64,000 nt of DNA from an uncultured Verrucomicrobiae bacterium (GTDB lineage Bacteria > Verrucomicrobiota > Verrucomicrobiia > Chthoniobacterales > UBA10450). Position numbers and translations under genes: made by a program. The notes under the pieces were generated by a model that was not told where the DNA came from, ran no database searches, and was given only the letters and a program-made list of their open reading frames with translations. The stretch lies in assembly GCA_963834385.1 (NCBI GenBank), contig CAWIBO010000002.1, forward strand, positions 832,001-896,000, written 5' to 3'. Shown here piece after piece: positions 1 through 9,943 of the stretch; the first letter of the stretch is position 1, and each line of letters begins with the position of its first letter.

Positions 1-1130
1 AGGCGGATGCTCTCGAGAAGATTGTGCGCCATCACCGGCATCATGACGTTGAGCTCAAGGTTGCCGTTGGCTCCACCCCAGGTGATGCAGGCATCGTTCC
101 CGATCACCTGCGCGCAGACCATCATGGTCGATTCGCAAATGACGGGGTTGACCTTGCCCGGCATGATCGAGCTGCCGGGTTGCGTGGCCGGGAGCCGGAT
201 CTCGCCAATCCCGCAGCGGGGACCGCTGCTCAGCCAGCGCAGGTCATTGGCGATCTTGAAGAGACTGACCGCGATGGTCTTGAGCTGTCCACTTGCCTCC
301 ACCACGGCGTCCTTGCCGCCCTGCGCCTCAAAATGGTTGGCCGCTTCCCGGAACGGCAGTCCGGTGCGCTGCTCGAGGTGGCGCATGACCCGGGCCGGAA
401 ATTCAGGAGGCCGGTTCAACCCGGTCCCCACGGCGGTGCCGCCCAGCGCCAGTTCATAAAGGGCTTCGCGGGCGCGCGCGGCCCGGGCCTGCCCCAGGCG
501 GACCTGCCGGGCCCAGCCCCCGAAATCCTGACCCAGGCGCACCGGGGTCGCGTCCATCAGGTGGGTCCGGCCGATCTTGATGATCCGGTCGAACGCCTGC
601 GCCTTTTCCTCAAGCGCGTCGCCCAGCCGGGCCAGGGCCGGTTCCAGACATTCGTGCAGCTGTTCCGCCGCGCTGATGTGCATGGCGGAGGGGATCACGT
701 CGTTGCTCGACTGGCCCATGTTCACATGGTCGTTCGGGTGCACCGGGTCGCGCGCGCCGATCGCCTTGCCGTCGAGCTGGCAGCTCCGGTTGGCGATGAC
801 TTCGTTCGCGTTCGTGTTCGTGCTCGTGCCCGAGCCGGTCTGGAAAATGTCGAGCGGGAAATGCTCATCCAGTTTTCCCTCCACCATCTCCTCGGCCGCC
901 TGGACGATGAGGGCGGAGCGATGCGCCTCGAGCAGGCCGAGATCGTGGTTGGCCTGCGCCGCGGCCCACTTCACCAACCCGAGCGCGCGCAAAAACGGCC
1001 GGGTAAACCGATAGCCGCTTACTGGAAAATTCAGGACCGCGCGCTGGGTCGAGGCGCCGTAGAGCGCCTCGGCGGGCACCACCATCTCGCCCATCGAATC
1101 CCGCTCCGTGCGAGAGTCGCCGGGATTCAT
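1..1130 (-). CDS. fumC: Class II fumarate hydratase (3' end runs off the window)
   Basis: Manual minus-strand translation from ATG at 1130: MNPGDSRTERDSMGEMVVPAEALYGASTQRAVLNFP; signature GSSIMPGKVNP at ~145-178. Missing from the ORF track because the stop lies outside the window. Confidence 0.95.
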   Translation of the reverse strand, partial: MNPGDSRTERDSMGEMVVPAEALYGASTQRAVLNFPVSGYRFTRPFLRALGLVKWAAAQANHDLGLLEAHRSALIVQAAEEMVEGKLDEHFPLDIFQTGSGTSTNTNANEVIANRSCQLDGKAIGARDPVHPNDHVNMGQSSNDVIPSAMHISAAEQLHECLEPALARLGDALEEKAQAFDRIIKIGRTHLMDATPVRLGQDFGGWARQVRLGQARAARAREALYELALGGTAVGTGLNRPPEFPARVMRHLEQRTGLPFREAANHFEAQGGKDAVVEASGQLKTIAVSLFKIANDLRWLSSGPRCGIGEIRLPATQPGSSIMPGKVNPVICESTMMVCAQVIGNDACITWGGANGNLELNVMMPVMAHNLLESIR

Positions 1131-1765
1131 GCGCGTGATTCGGAGGGAAACACCCCGCGCCGGTCGTCCGGCACATGCTGGCGGCCGGGCCCGCTGCTGC
1201 CGTTCCGGCTCGCGTCCTTGTGAAAGACGGTGATGAACATCGGCGGAATATTCTGCAGAAAATACTCGGAGTCAGCCCGGTCGAAAAGAGTGGCGTGCTG
1301 CCGCAGCTCGTTGGTCACCTGGTAAATGATGAAACGTCCGCCCGGGCGGAGCGCGTCGCAGATTTCGCGCAGCAGGGCCCGCTTCTTTCCGATCTCCAGG
1401 ATGCTGAAGGGGATGCCGGAAAGGATGTAATCGCAGCTGTCGATCCCACGCCGGCGCAGCTCGTCGCGGAGATGCGCCGCGTCGCAATGCAGCACCTCCA
1501 CCCGCGGATCATGCGCAAACTGCCGGGTCAGTTCCTTCGAGAAGGCGGCATCAAGCTCAAACAGGAAAAGACGCGATTCCGGGTGCATCCGGCGCGCGAT
1601 CTCGCGCGAGTGCACCCCTTCGCCGGGGCCGAACTCCGCAATCACCGCCGGCCGGCTCAGGTCCATCTTGCCGGCCACCCGTTCCACCAGCGCCTTGGAA
1701 CTGGGAATGATGGACGCGACCTGAAACGGACGTTGCAAAAAGCGCTTAAAGAACAGGACGCTCAT
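1127..1765 (-). CDS. Class I SAM-dependent methyltransferase, phospholipid N-methyltransferase (PmtA)-like
   Basis: MSVLFFKRFLQRPFQVASIIPSS, EFGPGEG motif I, ILSGIPFS, LRPGGRFIIYQ; ATGA overlap with fumC. Confidence 0.8.
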   Translation of the reverse strand: MSVLFFKRFLQRPFQVASIIPSSKALVERVAGKMDLSRPAVIAEFGPGEGVHSREIARRMHPESRLFLFELDAAFSKELTRQFAHDPRVEVLHCDAAHLRDELRRRGIDSCDYILSGIPFSILEIGKKRALLREICDALRPGGRFIIYQVTNELRQHATLFDRADSEYFLQNIPPMFITVFHKDASRNGSSGPGRQHVPDDRRGVFPSESRA

Positions 1766-1953
1766 CGAGAGGGTCGCACTGTCGGCTGGACGCCGCGCCT
1801 TGTCTACCCGCATCTCCGCCCTCGCCGGGCGCCCGGCGCAGGCCCGGAAAAACCCCAAAAAGATGCGTCGTTGACTTTAATTATGAAATCTATAAGGCTG
1901 AGGGGTGCGAAAAATGTCTTGCCGACTTTCGGGCGACCTGCTGAATCTCAGCC

Positions 1954-2505
1954 ATGCATAACCTCCTGACGGTCAAGGAAACCGCGAAATATCTCCGGAT
2001 TCCCCTTCCGACCGTCTATTATCTGGTTCAGCGCGGCCAACTTCCTGCCATTCAGATCGGGGGCCGCTGGCGCATCAAGAAGAACGCGCTCGACAAGGAT
2101 ATCCTCAAGGAGGACAAGTCCGGCCAGCCCACCGTCCTCGTCGTCGATGACGACGAGAGTTTGCAGAACCTTTTCAAGCTCTTCCTTAAAAAAATCGGCT
2201 TCAGCCGGGTGGTGGTCGGCACGGTGAAAGAGGCCCTGGCCGCCCTGGAGAAGCAAAAGTTCGATCTCCTCTTTCTCGACCTGAAACTGCCGGACGGCGA
2301 GGCCGACGACGTCTATGACGCGGCCAAGGAGACCGATCCGGACCTGCCCATTATCATCATCACCGGGTATCCGGACAGCGAGATGCTCGATCGCATCCTG
2401 GCCAAGGGTCCGATCACGGTGCTGAAAAAGCCGCTCCAGGTGGAGCAATTGCAGCAGACGGTGCGCATCCTTGGGCACAAGGACGCCGCCAAGCTCGCGG
2501 CCTGA
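1954..2505 (+). CDS. Response regulator: N-terminal excisionase-like HTH plus C-terminal receiver domain
   Basis: LLTVKETAKYLRIPLPTVYYLVQRGQLPAIQIGGRWRI (HTH_17-like); VLVVDDD, LFLDLKLPD, IITG, KKP. Confidence 0.9.
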   Translation: MHNLLTVKETAKYLRIPLPTVYYLVQRGQLPAIQIGGRWRIKKNALDKDILKEDKSGQPTVLVVDDDESLQNLFKLFLKKIGFSRVVVGTVKEALAALEKQKFDLLFLDLKLPDGEADDVYDAAKETDPDLPIIIITGYPDSEMLDRILAKGPITVLKKPLQVEQLQQTVRILGHKDAAKLAA

Positions 2506-2511
2506 TTCCCC

Positions 2512-2534
2512 GCCCGGAGCTTCCGGGCTTTTTT
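2512..2534 (+). terminator. Rho-independent terminator
   Basis: GCCCGGA-gct-TCCGGGC hairpin followed by T6, 6 nt after the stop codon. Confidence 0.8.
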
Positions 2535-2544
2535 CTTCCCGCGC

Positions 2545-2572
2545 TTGCGAACTTCCTCCGCGGCGCGATAAT
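2545..2572 (+). promoter_or_regulatory. Possible sigma70-type promoter for the tRNA
   Basis: TTGCGA-N16-GATAAT ending 18 nt upstream of the tRNA. Confidence 0.35.
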
Positions 2573-2590
2573 TCCCGCCCGGCCCAGCTT

Positions 2591-2665
<75 letters not shown>

Positions 2666-2766
2666 TTCTTTCCCGCCTTACATTCTTGTAACGCTGGCGC
2701 GAGCTCGTTTCGGACAAAACCAACCGTAACAATCTGCAGGTCCGCCTCCGCTGGCGGGCCTGTTCT

Positions 2767-3912
2767 TTATCTCCGGGCGCTCTTTGTTTTGCGCCTGGTT
2801 CCGCCCGATTTTTTCGCCTTCTTTTTGCGGGTCGCCCCGGCCCGTCTCGTGGACGCGCGCAGCGGACGTTTAGTCTTCGCTCGCCGCTTTGTTTCCGCCG
2901 GCTGCTTTTCCTTCCGTTTCGCGGACGCTTTTTTCCGGCGCGGTGTTTTCGCCGGCGGGCCGACCACCAGGACCGGGCAGGGCCCATGCCGCACGACCTG
3001 TTCCGCGGTGCTTCCCAGAAAAATCCGTCGCACCCCTTTTCGTCCGTCGGTTGAAATGATGATCAAATCGGTTTTCCGCTTTTGCGCGGCTTCCACCACC
3101 GCCCACGCGGCGGACCCCTCGGCAATCAGGGTCTGGTAAGGGACACGGCCGAAGACCATGCTCTGCACCAGCTCATCCATGCGCACGCGCGCAGCGCTAC
3201 GTTCCCGCGCCCGGAGCGCACTGACATCGTGCGGGACATAACGGGGGCTGCTGCTGCCGGGCGGGATGGAAATGACATGCATCAAGGTCAGGCGCGCCCC
3301 CGCCGCTCGCGAAAACTGCACCGCGTAATCAAGGCCGAGGCCCGATTGTTCGGAGAAATCGACCGGGGCCAGGATGTTCCGGACAGGCCACTGCTTCCCG
3401 GGCGTTTTCACCTTCGGGAGCAATTCCTTCTCGCCGCGCACGACCAGCACGGGGCAGGAAGCCTCGCGCACCACGCGCTGCGCCGTGCTTCCGAGAATGA
3501 CGTCGCGCACATGGGCGATCCCCTGGGTGGCCAGGATAATCAGGTCGGCCTCGCGTCGCTGGGCCTCGTGGCAGATCATTTGATACGCTTTCCCAGTCCG
3601 CAAATGGCACCGGCTCGCCGGAATGGGGGGCGCGGCCTTACGCGCGGTGGCGTGCAGCCGGCGCCGCAGCCTGTCTTCCAGTTCCGCTGCGGTCAGGCCC
3701 CAGGGCGCCAGCTCCGGGTCGACCTGCCGCAGGTCGACCACGTGGATCAAGTGCAAGATGGCCTTGAATTGACTGGCCAGAGCCTGGGCGTAACGGAGCG
3801 CCTCCAGTGAGGCTGCCGAGAAATCGGTCGCGACCAGAATGGTGCGAAGCGCCAGTTTCTGCCGCCCGCGCGCGGCCGGGTCAGGAAGGTTGCGTTGGGG
3901 CCGCTTCTTCAT
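2767..3912 (-). CDS. Tandem universal stress protein with Lys/Arg-rich C-terminal tail
   Basis: Two Usp domains (ILVATDFS...LGSTAQRVVREASCPVLVV; ILAPVDFS...LGSTAEQVVRHGPCPVLVV). Confidence 0.92.
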   Translation of the reverse strand: MKKRPQRNLPDPAARGRQKLALRTILVATDFSAASLEALRYAQALASQFKAILHLIHVVDLRQVDPELAPWGLTAAELEDRLRRRLHATARKAAPPIPASRCHLRTGKAYQMICHEAQRREADLIILATQGIAHVRDVILGSTAQRVVREASCPVLVVRGEKELLPKVKTPGKQWPVRNILAPVDFSEQSGLGLDYAVQFSRAAGARLTLMHVISIPPGSSSPRYVPHDVSALRARERSAARVRMDELVQSMVFGRVPYQTLIAEGSAAWAVVEAAQKRKTDLIIISTDGRKGVRRIFLGSTAEQVVRHGPCPVLVVGPPAKTPRRKKASAKRKEKQPAETKRRAKTKRPLRASTRRAGATRKKKAKKSGGTRRKTKSARR

Positions 3913-4015
3913 GGTTCAAGCTCAAGACACCGGACCGTGACGCGGATGGCGAGACTTTTCACGCGGACCAATTCCCCGCTTCTGACCACGCCGCGCCACC
4001 CATTCATTTCTCATC

Positions 4016-5011
4016 TCAGGGTTCGGGTTGCAGCTCATTTCCCGAGAGGGTGCCGGCGGCAAAAGCCAGGATGTTTTGTGTCGTCGTCGTGGCGATGTTT
4101 TCGAGCGCTTCCCGCGTAAAGAACGCCTGGTGGCCGGTGATCAGGACATTGGGAAAGGTCAGGAGCCGACTGAAAACATCGTCCGGGATGATCAGGCCGG
4201 AGCGATCCTCGAAAAAGAGATCGCTCTCCTCCTCATAAACGTCGAGCCCGAGCGAACCGAGCCGGCCCTTCTTGAGCGCATCGATCACTGCCGGGGTGTC
4301 GAGCAACGCGCCCCGGCTGGTGTTGATCAGCATCGCGCCCGCCCGCATTTTCCGCAGGGCCTCGGCGTCAAGCAGATGCCGGTTCGAGTGGGTGAGCGGG
4401 CAATGCAGCGTGACGATGTCAGCTGCCGGGAGCAGCCCATCCAAATCGACGTAATCGACGCCGGCTTTCTCGCAGTCCGGGTTTGGCGCCGGATCGAAGG
4501 CGAGCACGCGGCAGCCGAACCCGAGAAAAATTCTGGCCACGATCGCCCCGATGCGACCGGTCCCGATGATGCCCGCCGTTTTCCCGTGGAGATCGAAGCC
4601 CAGCAGGCCGTCGAGGGCGAAGTTTCCCTCCCGCACCCGGTTGTAGGCGCGATAAAGTTTCCGGTTCAGCGCCAGGACCAGCCCCAGCGTGTGCTCCGCG
4701 ACCGCGTGGGGCGAGTAACCCGCTACTCGCACAACAGTCAGGCCGTCTCGCGTCGCCGCGGCCAGGTCGACATTGTTATGGCCGGCACAGCGTAACGCCA
4801 CCAGCCGTGTTCCGCCCTCGGCCAGCGCCTGCGTCACCGGGGCGTCGACGCGGTCGTTGACAAAGACACACACGGCCGGGAATCCACGAGCCAGGGAAAC
4901 GGTTTCCAGGGTGAGACGCGGCTCGAGAAACCGGAACTCATGGTGATCACCCCCGGCCGCCTCGAGGAATTCGCGGTCATAGGGTTTGCTGCTGAAGACG
5001 GCAACTTTCAT
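4016..5011 (-). CDS. ldhA: D-lactate dehydrogenase / 2-hydroxyacid dehydrogenase
   Basis: [51 protein letters not shown]. Confidence 0.9.
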   Translation of the reverse strand: MKVAVFSSKPYDREFLEAAGGDHHEFRFLEPRLTLETVSLARGFPAVCVFVNDRVDAPVTQALAEGGTRLVALRCAGHNNVDLAAATRDGLTVVRVAGYSPHAVAEHTLGLVLALNRKLYRAYNRVREGNFALDGLLGFDLHGKTAGIIGTGRIGAIVARIFLGFGCRVLAFDPAPNPDCEKAGVDYVDLDGLLPAADIVTLHCPLTHSNRHLLDAEALRKMRAGAMLINTSRGALLDTPAVIDALKKGRLGSLGLDVYEEESDLFFEDRSGLIIPDDVFSRLLTFPNVLITGHQAFFTREALENIATTTTQNILAFAAGTLSGNELQPEP

Positions 5012-5026
5012 CGGCGCAAGACCATC

Positions 5027-6019
5027 CTATCTCAGCCAGTAGAGCGCGGACAGGGCCCCTGTCACCAGCACGATGATCAGGAGAGCGTCCGGTTCGACGA
5101 TGACGCGGCGCCGTTCCATGTGATAAAGCTGCCCCATCACGGCCACGGCGGTGACAAGAATGGCGGCCAGGCAGGTAAAAATGTGGAGAGGTGAGACCAT
5201 GCTCAGAAGCGGACCGGTTTGCGCGAGGTCCAGCGGCAGGAGCAGGAGCATGTTAAAGGCGTTGCTCCCAAAGATGTTTCCCAGGGCGAGGTCAAAGGCC
5301 CCGAGACGAACCGCGGCGTAACTGGTCACGATCTCCGGCAGAGAGGTGCAGAAGGCCACCGCCGCCGTCCCGATGAAGGTCGTCCCGAGTCCGGAGGCCA
5401 CGGCGAGGTCGCCGGCGGCGCTCGAGAGAAAAGGAGCAGCCAGGAAGATGGAGGCACCGGCCACGAGATAAAGCCCCACGGCCTTCACAAGCGTTTCTTT
5501 CCCCTCGGAGGATTTCTCTGCCACGCTGGCAAGCGCCGACCGCTGATCATAAAAGACGAGGCGCAATCCCAGCAGGTAAGCCACCGCCACGGCGCCGCTC
5601 CCCAGGCCGATCCCGGCGGGCTCGATCCCGGAAAGACGCGGGCCCAGGAGCAGACCAATCCCCGCCAGGGCATAAAGTGTCATTGTCATGGTCGCGGAGA
5701 GAGCGTGTGCCGCCGCCGCATGCGAAAACATGCGGCGGCGCGAGCGATGACTCAGATCCAGCACGGCGAGAATGAGCAGGTTGAACAGGCAACTGCCAAA
5801 GAGGTCGCCCACGGCCAGGTCGGGCAATCCAAGCCGAATGGCGCTGAGGTCCACGCTCAGCTCCGGCAGCGAAGTGGCGCCGGCGAGAAAAACACCGCCG
5901 ACCAAGAGCCGGCCCCATCCGGTGCGGCGGGCAATGGTGTCCGCCGCCCGGGTGAGGAACGTCCCGGCTACGACAATGGCCAGGCCCGCCAGTCCAAACT
6001 GCAGAAGCGGGGCCAGCAT
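5027..6019 (-). CDS. Sodium:calcium antiporter (YrbG/CaCA family)
   Basis: Two alpha repeats ATSLPE...GDLFGSCLFN and CTSLPE...GNIFGSNAFN; many TM segments; start taken at MLAPLLQF. Confidence 0.88.
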   Translation of the reverse strand: MLAPLLQFGLAGLAIVVAGTFLTRAADTIARRTGWGRLLVGGVFLAGATSLPELSVDLSAIRLGLPDLAVGDLFGSCLFNLLILAVLDLSHRSRRRMFSHAAAAHALSATMTMTLYALAGIGLLLGPRLSGIEPAGIGLGSGAVAVAYLLGLRLVFYDQRSALASVAEKSSEGKETLVKAVGLYLVAGASIFLAAPFLSSAAGDLAVASGLGTTFIGTAAVAFCTSLPEIVTSYAAVRLGAFDLALGNIFGSNAFNMLLLLPLDLAQTGPLLSMVSPLHIFTCLAAILVTAVAVMGQLYHMERRRVIVEPDALLIIVLVTGALSALYWLR

Positions 6020-6023
6020 GAGT

Positions 6024-6398
6024 TCAGGCTGCCGCGAGGAGAGGCTTGGCAGCTCCCAGCCTCTCCACCACTGCGGCAAACTCGTCCGCGCGGAACGGTC
6101 GGGCCAGGCAGGCCGCCGCCCCTTCCGCATAGGCCAGGCCGGCGGCATGATATCGGTCCCGCGCCGTTACCGCGATCACGGGAATGCCCGCGCCGCAGCT
6201 CTGCACCGCGGCCAGCAACGTCATCCCATGGCAGCCTTCGGGAAAATCGAGAACCACGAGATCCGGTCGGGTGCGGAGCCGCGTGATCACCTCATCGATT
6301 TCTTCCCGCACTGTCACCGTCGCCCCACCGGCGCCCGCCCTCACTAACGCGCGCAACGCGGGATCCCTGGTCAGCAAAAGAATGCTTCGTGCCTTCAT
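6024..6398 (-). CDS. Stand-alone atypical receiver (REC) domain protein
   Basis: ILLLTRD, PDLVVLD, VIAVTA, CLARPF; GGAGG upstream of the ATG at 6398. Confidence 0.7.
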   Translation of the reverse strand: MKARSILLLTRDPALRALVRAGAGGATVTVREEIDEVITRLRTRPDLVVLDFPEGCHGMTLLAAVQSCGAGIPVIAVTARDRYHAAGLAYAEGAAACLARPFRADEFAAVVERLGAAKPLLAAA

Positions 6399-6595
6399 AG
6401 GTTTTCCTCCTCCTTCCCAGTATACCGGAGTTTTTCGTGCCCGGCAGGCACCGCTTGTCAATTTCCGACCGCCCTTTGTGCCCCCGCCAGCCCACGAAGG
6501 ACGCAGCCTGCGAGCTGTTGCCGCTTTCGGCGGACACTCCCGGCATCTGCTGATTTTCCCCTCCCGCTTCACGTCGCCCTGTGACACAGTCCGGC

Positions 6596-7171
6596 ATGGA
6601 TAGCGTCGCGGAGCTTCTTCGGCAGACCATTGCCTCGGCCACCGGGGTTTTTACCAGTCTGTCCGGCCTGAGCGACCCGCTGGCACGCGCGATTGATGTT
6701 CTTGAGGAAGCCTTGCGCGCGGACCACAAAATCCTGGTTTGCGGGAACGGCGGCAGCGCGGCGGACGCCTCCCATTTTGCCACGGAGTTCGTGGTTCGCT
6801 TTGTCGACGATCGCCCTTCCTACCCGGCCATCTCGCTCGCGGCCGAGGCCGGCCTCCTCACCGCGGCGGGCAACGATTACGGGTTTGACGAGATTTTTGC
6901 CCGGCAGATCTCGGGTCTTGGCCGGCCCGGCGATGTTCTCCTGGCCATCAGCACCAGCGGCAATTCACCGAACATTGTTCGGGCGCTCGAGACCGCCCAG
7001 GCTGCCGGGCTTCGCACCATTGCCCTTCTTGGAAAAGAGGGCGGGCGGGCGCGCGGATTCGCCGAGGTGGAACTGGTGGTGGAACACGACGAGACCGCCC
7101 GGATTCAGGAGGCGCATATCCTCCTCCTGCACGTCATCTGCGCCGCCGTCGAAAAACGCCTCGCCGCCTGA
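6596..7171 (+). CDS. gmhA: Phosphoheptose isomerase (SIS domain)
   Basis: CGNGGSAADASH, AGNDYGF, ISTSGNSPN, TARIQEAH. Confidence 0.93.
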   Translation: MDSVAELLRQTIASATGVFTSLSGLSDPLARAIDVLEEALRADHKILVCGNGGSAADASHFATEFVVRFVDDRPSYPAISLAAEAGLLTAAGNDYGFDEIFARQISGLGRPGDVLLAISTSGNSPNIVRALETAQAAGLRTIALLGKEGGRARGFAEVELVVEHDETARIQEAHILLLHVICAAVEKRLAA

Positions 7172-7184
7172 GCGGGTACGCCGT

Positions 7185-8127
7185 TCAATTCTTCCGCAGG
7201 GGAAGATGAATCGTCGCGATCATGCAGCGCGCGCTGCCGCCGCCCAGCTCGATCGTGGGCAGATGGAGCTCCACCAGTTTCGCGTGGTGCTGGATTTTTT
7301 CCCGCTGCGCCGGTGACAGCGCCGCCGCCGCCCGCTTCGACAGGACCAGCAGTTTCTCGCCGGCGTGATGCAACTCGATCGCGTTCCCGGCGAACTCGCC
7401 AATCTGGGCCGCGCTCAGGAGAATCACTTCCTTCCCGGTCGACTCGAGCAGATTCTGCACGCCCACCCGCTCGGCCTCGTCCGGGATGGTCTCGGCCCCG
7501 AGCAGGGCAAAATGCGTGCCCACGCACATCATCACGTTCGTGTGATAGATCGGTTTTCCATCCCGGCTCGCGCTCCGGAACGTCACCGGCTCATAATCAA
7601 AGTCCTGGCAAAACTGCTGCAGCACGGCCGGGTGCGTCCGTTGCGAGAGAGAGGCGTAAGCCACCTTGTTTTCATGGTCGAGCACCATGCTCCCTGTTCC
7701 TTCCAGGTGTTCGCCCCGTTCCTCCGTGCTCGAATAATCCACCACCTCCGTGACCTCGAAATAGCGTCGCAGCTCGTCGATGACATCGGGACGCCGTTCC
7801 AGGCGACGCGCCGCCGCCTGCATCGGATAAAGCGCCACCCGCCCGTCATGATGCGTCGAAAACCAGTTGTTCGGGAAAACCGCATCCGGCTTTTCCGGCG
7901 TGGCCGTGTCGTCCACCACATGAACGACCACGCCCGCCTCCTGCAAAGTTTTCACCGCGGCATCAAACTCCGCCGCGCGCCCGGCGCGACGTCTCCTCCC
8001 GATTTTCGGCCTGGACCGTTCCCTGGAAAGCGTTGTCCGCCGCGGTCTCCGGGTTCGGATAAAAACCGTGCGGCCGCACCATGAGGACGGCGTTGGTGCT
8101 TTGCGTGACGGAAACGGACTGGCCCAT
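7185..8127 (-). CDS. Amidinotransferase/arginine deiminase-related protein (CtlX-like); +1 frameshift near 7975
   Basis: N-part QSTNAVLMVRPHGFYPNPETAADNAFQ joins the C-part PDAVFPNNWFSTH, LEGTGSMVLD, IYHTNVMM, GGGSARCM. Confidence 0.85.
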
Positions 8128-8135
8128 GCTCAACC

Positions 8136-9902
8136 TCACCCGGCGGTGACGCCTTCACCCGGGATTGCCGCCGGAGTCGCGGATCCCATCATTTTCCGGC
8201 TTCGCCGATAGCGCCAGACGGCCACGCCGACGAAAGCCAGGTCGGCCAGGACAAAGGCGCCGACGTAATTTTCGCCGCCAATGCCGAACCCGTAACTGTG
8301 CAACCCTTTGCCCAGGACAAAATTCACTCCATACCAGGCCATGAGCACGGTCAGGAAACAAACCACGCTCGCCACCACCAGCCCGAACTGGGTCCACCAG
8401 CCGGCCAGGCGGCCGTGCAGCGTGACGATATAGGAGAGCAGCGCGATCAGCGCCCATGTTTCCTTCGGGTCCCAGCCCCAGAATCTTCCCCAGGAATAGT
8501 TTGCCCAGACGCCACCGAGAATTGTCCCGGCGGCGAGCAGCAAAACGCCCAGCTGCAGAACGCGGTAAAGCCAGAAGTGCATCGGCTGGTCCGCCCGGGC
8601 GGCGACCGGATCGCGCGCGTAACGCCAAAGCAGGATGTGCCCAAAACCCATGGCCAGGGCAAAGGCGCCATAGCTGAGCGTGATTGTGAGCACATGGACC
8701 GTGAGCCAGAAATTGTCGCGCAGGACCGGCACCAGGGGATCGATGCTGGAGGGCATGGCAATCGGCATCTGGTGCACCAGGAGGAGCGAAAGGAGGGAAA
8801 CCGGCAACGCCGCCAGAAGATAGATCGTGGTGCGATAACGCAGGAAAAAGAGCAGCCCGAGGATCGAGACCGTGATCGAAACCCAGATGACGGACTCATA
8901 CATGTTTGTCACCGGAGGACGCCCGGCGATAAGGCAGCGCAGGACAATGGCGGTGGCATGGAAACCAACGGCGAGCACCGCGGTGATGATTCCGGCCATC
9001 CGAAGCCAGCCGGTCCGCCCGCGAAACGAAGCGATGCCCAGGAAGACCAGCGCCAGGCCGTAGCCAAGGGCCGCGCGGTAAAACCCGTCAAAATGATTGT
9101 AGAAATATTCCCGCTGCAATTCGCCTTCGCCCGGATAGATCGTCGGGCTTAGAGCCCGCAAAGTTTCGCGCAGACGGGTCGAGGCGAGCGAAAAATTGAA
9201 CTTGTCGCCCCGGGTATAGGCCTGGGCCATGGCCTGGAGGTGCGGTTGCACGGGCGCAAACTGCGCCTCGGTGTAATAGGTGGAGAAGGCCGGTGGGACC
9301 ACCCAGGGTTGGACCGCCGACTCCTTCCCGGGGACCAGCAGAAAAGCGCTCCCTTCCTGCATCCGGGCAAACCGGATCAGGCGATCGCTCACGTTCATGA
9401 CCTCGTTTTGCAGCCGCGAAAGCGGCTTGTCCGCCTGGCGCAGCGCGTGCGCCTCGTTCGCCAGTCGGTTTAACTCCGGCAACGGGCTGAGCTGCGCGAA
9501 GGAGAACCGGCGTTGCTGCGCCGGCAGGCCGAGCGCCTCCTTTAATTCGCCGAGCGAGACCAGGATCATCGGTTCCTCCTGCCACTTGTGCGTGTCGAGC
9601 AGCATGGAGAGCGCCCAGTCGCTCGCCGACCAGCGCCGGCCGGCGGCTTTTACGCTCGATTTGCCGGTGATCCGGACCAGCGTCTCCCGCGCAAAAGTGT
9701 CCACCGGTTTGCGCCGGCCCCCTTCCTGGATCGCGAGCAGCCCGAACTGACGGAAGTTCAGGCCCGCTGAATCAACCCGTTCCGGTTCCTGCGCCGGGAG
9801 GGAAAGCAGGGGCCAGAGGAGGAGAATGGCGAGGGGGAACCAGCGATTTTTCAAAGCCGCCCAATCTACGGGCAGACGGCTCCCGCGCCAGCCCGGTTTC
9901 AT
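8136..9902 (-). CDS. ccsA: Cytochrome c biogenesis protein CcsA/ResC (system II); start uncertain (9902 or 9854)
   Basis: WWD motif WANYSWGRFWGWDPKETW, GLHSYG, N-terminal GGRRKPVDT periplasmic domain. Confidence 0.92.
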   Translation of the reverse strand: MKPGWRGSRLPVDWAALKNRWFPLAILLLWPLLSLPAQEPERVDSAGLNFRQFGLLAIQEGGRRKPVDTFARETLVRITGKSSVKAAGRRWSASDWALSMLLDTHKWQEEPMILVSLGELKEALGLPAQQRRFSFAQLSPLPELNRLANEAHALRQADKPLSRLQNEVMNVSDRLIRFARMQEGSAFLLVPGKESAVQPWVVPPAFSTYYTEAQFAPVQPHLQAMAQAYTRGDKFNFSLASTRLRETLRALSPTIYPGEGELQREYFYNHFDGFYRAALGYGLALVFLGIASFRGRTGWLRMAGIITAVLAVGFHATAIVLRCLIAGRPPVTNMYESVIWVSITVSILGLLFFLRYRTTIYLLAALPVSLLSLLLVHQMPIAMPSSIDPLVPVLRDNFWLTVHVLTITLSYGAFALAMGFGHILLWRYARDPVAARADQPMHFWLYRVLQLGVLLLAAGTILGGVWANYSWGRFWGWDPKETWALIALLSYIVTLHGRLAGWWTQFGLVVASVVCFLTVLMAWYGVNFVLGKGLHSYGFGIGGENYVGAFVLADLAFVGVAVWRYRRSRKMMGSATPAAIPGEGVTAG

Positions 9903-9943
9903 CCCTGGCTTGCGGCAAACCTTTTCCTCCGCGAGAGACGCCG

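Noticed and set aside
24..1223. 399-aa plus-strand ORF at the window start
   Set aside because: Antisense shadow of fumC, which carries the family signature on the minus strand
6400..6595. Riboswitch or ncRNA in the divergent intergenic region
   Set aside because: Only short GC hairpins with no recognisable aptamer core; the minus-strand TTGACA and TATACT are ~31 nt apart, too far for one promoter
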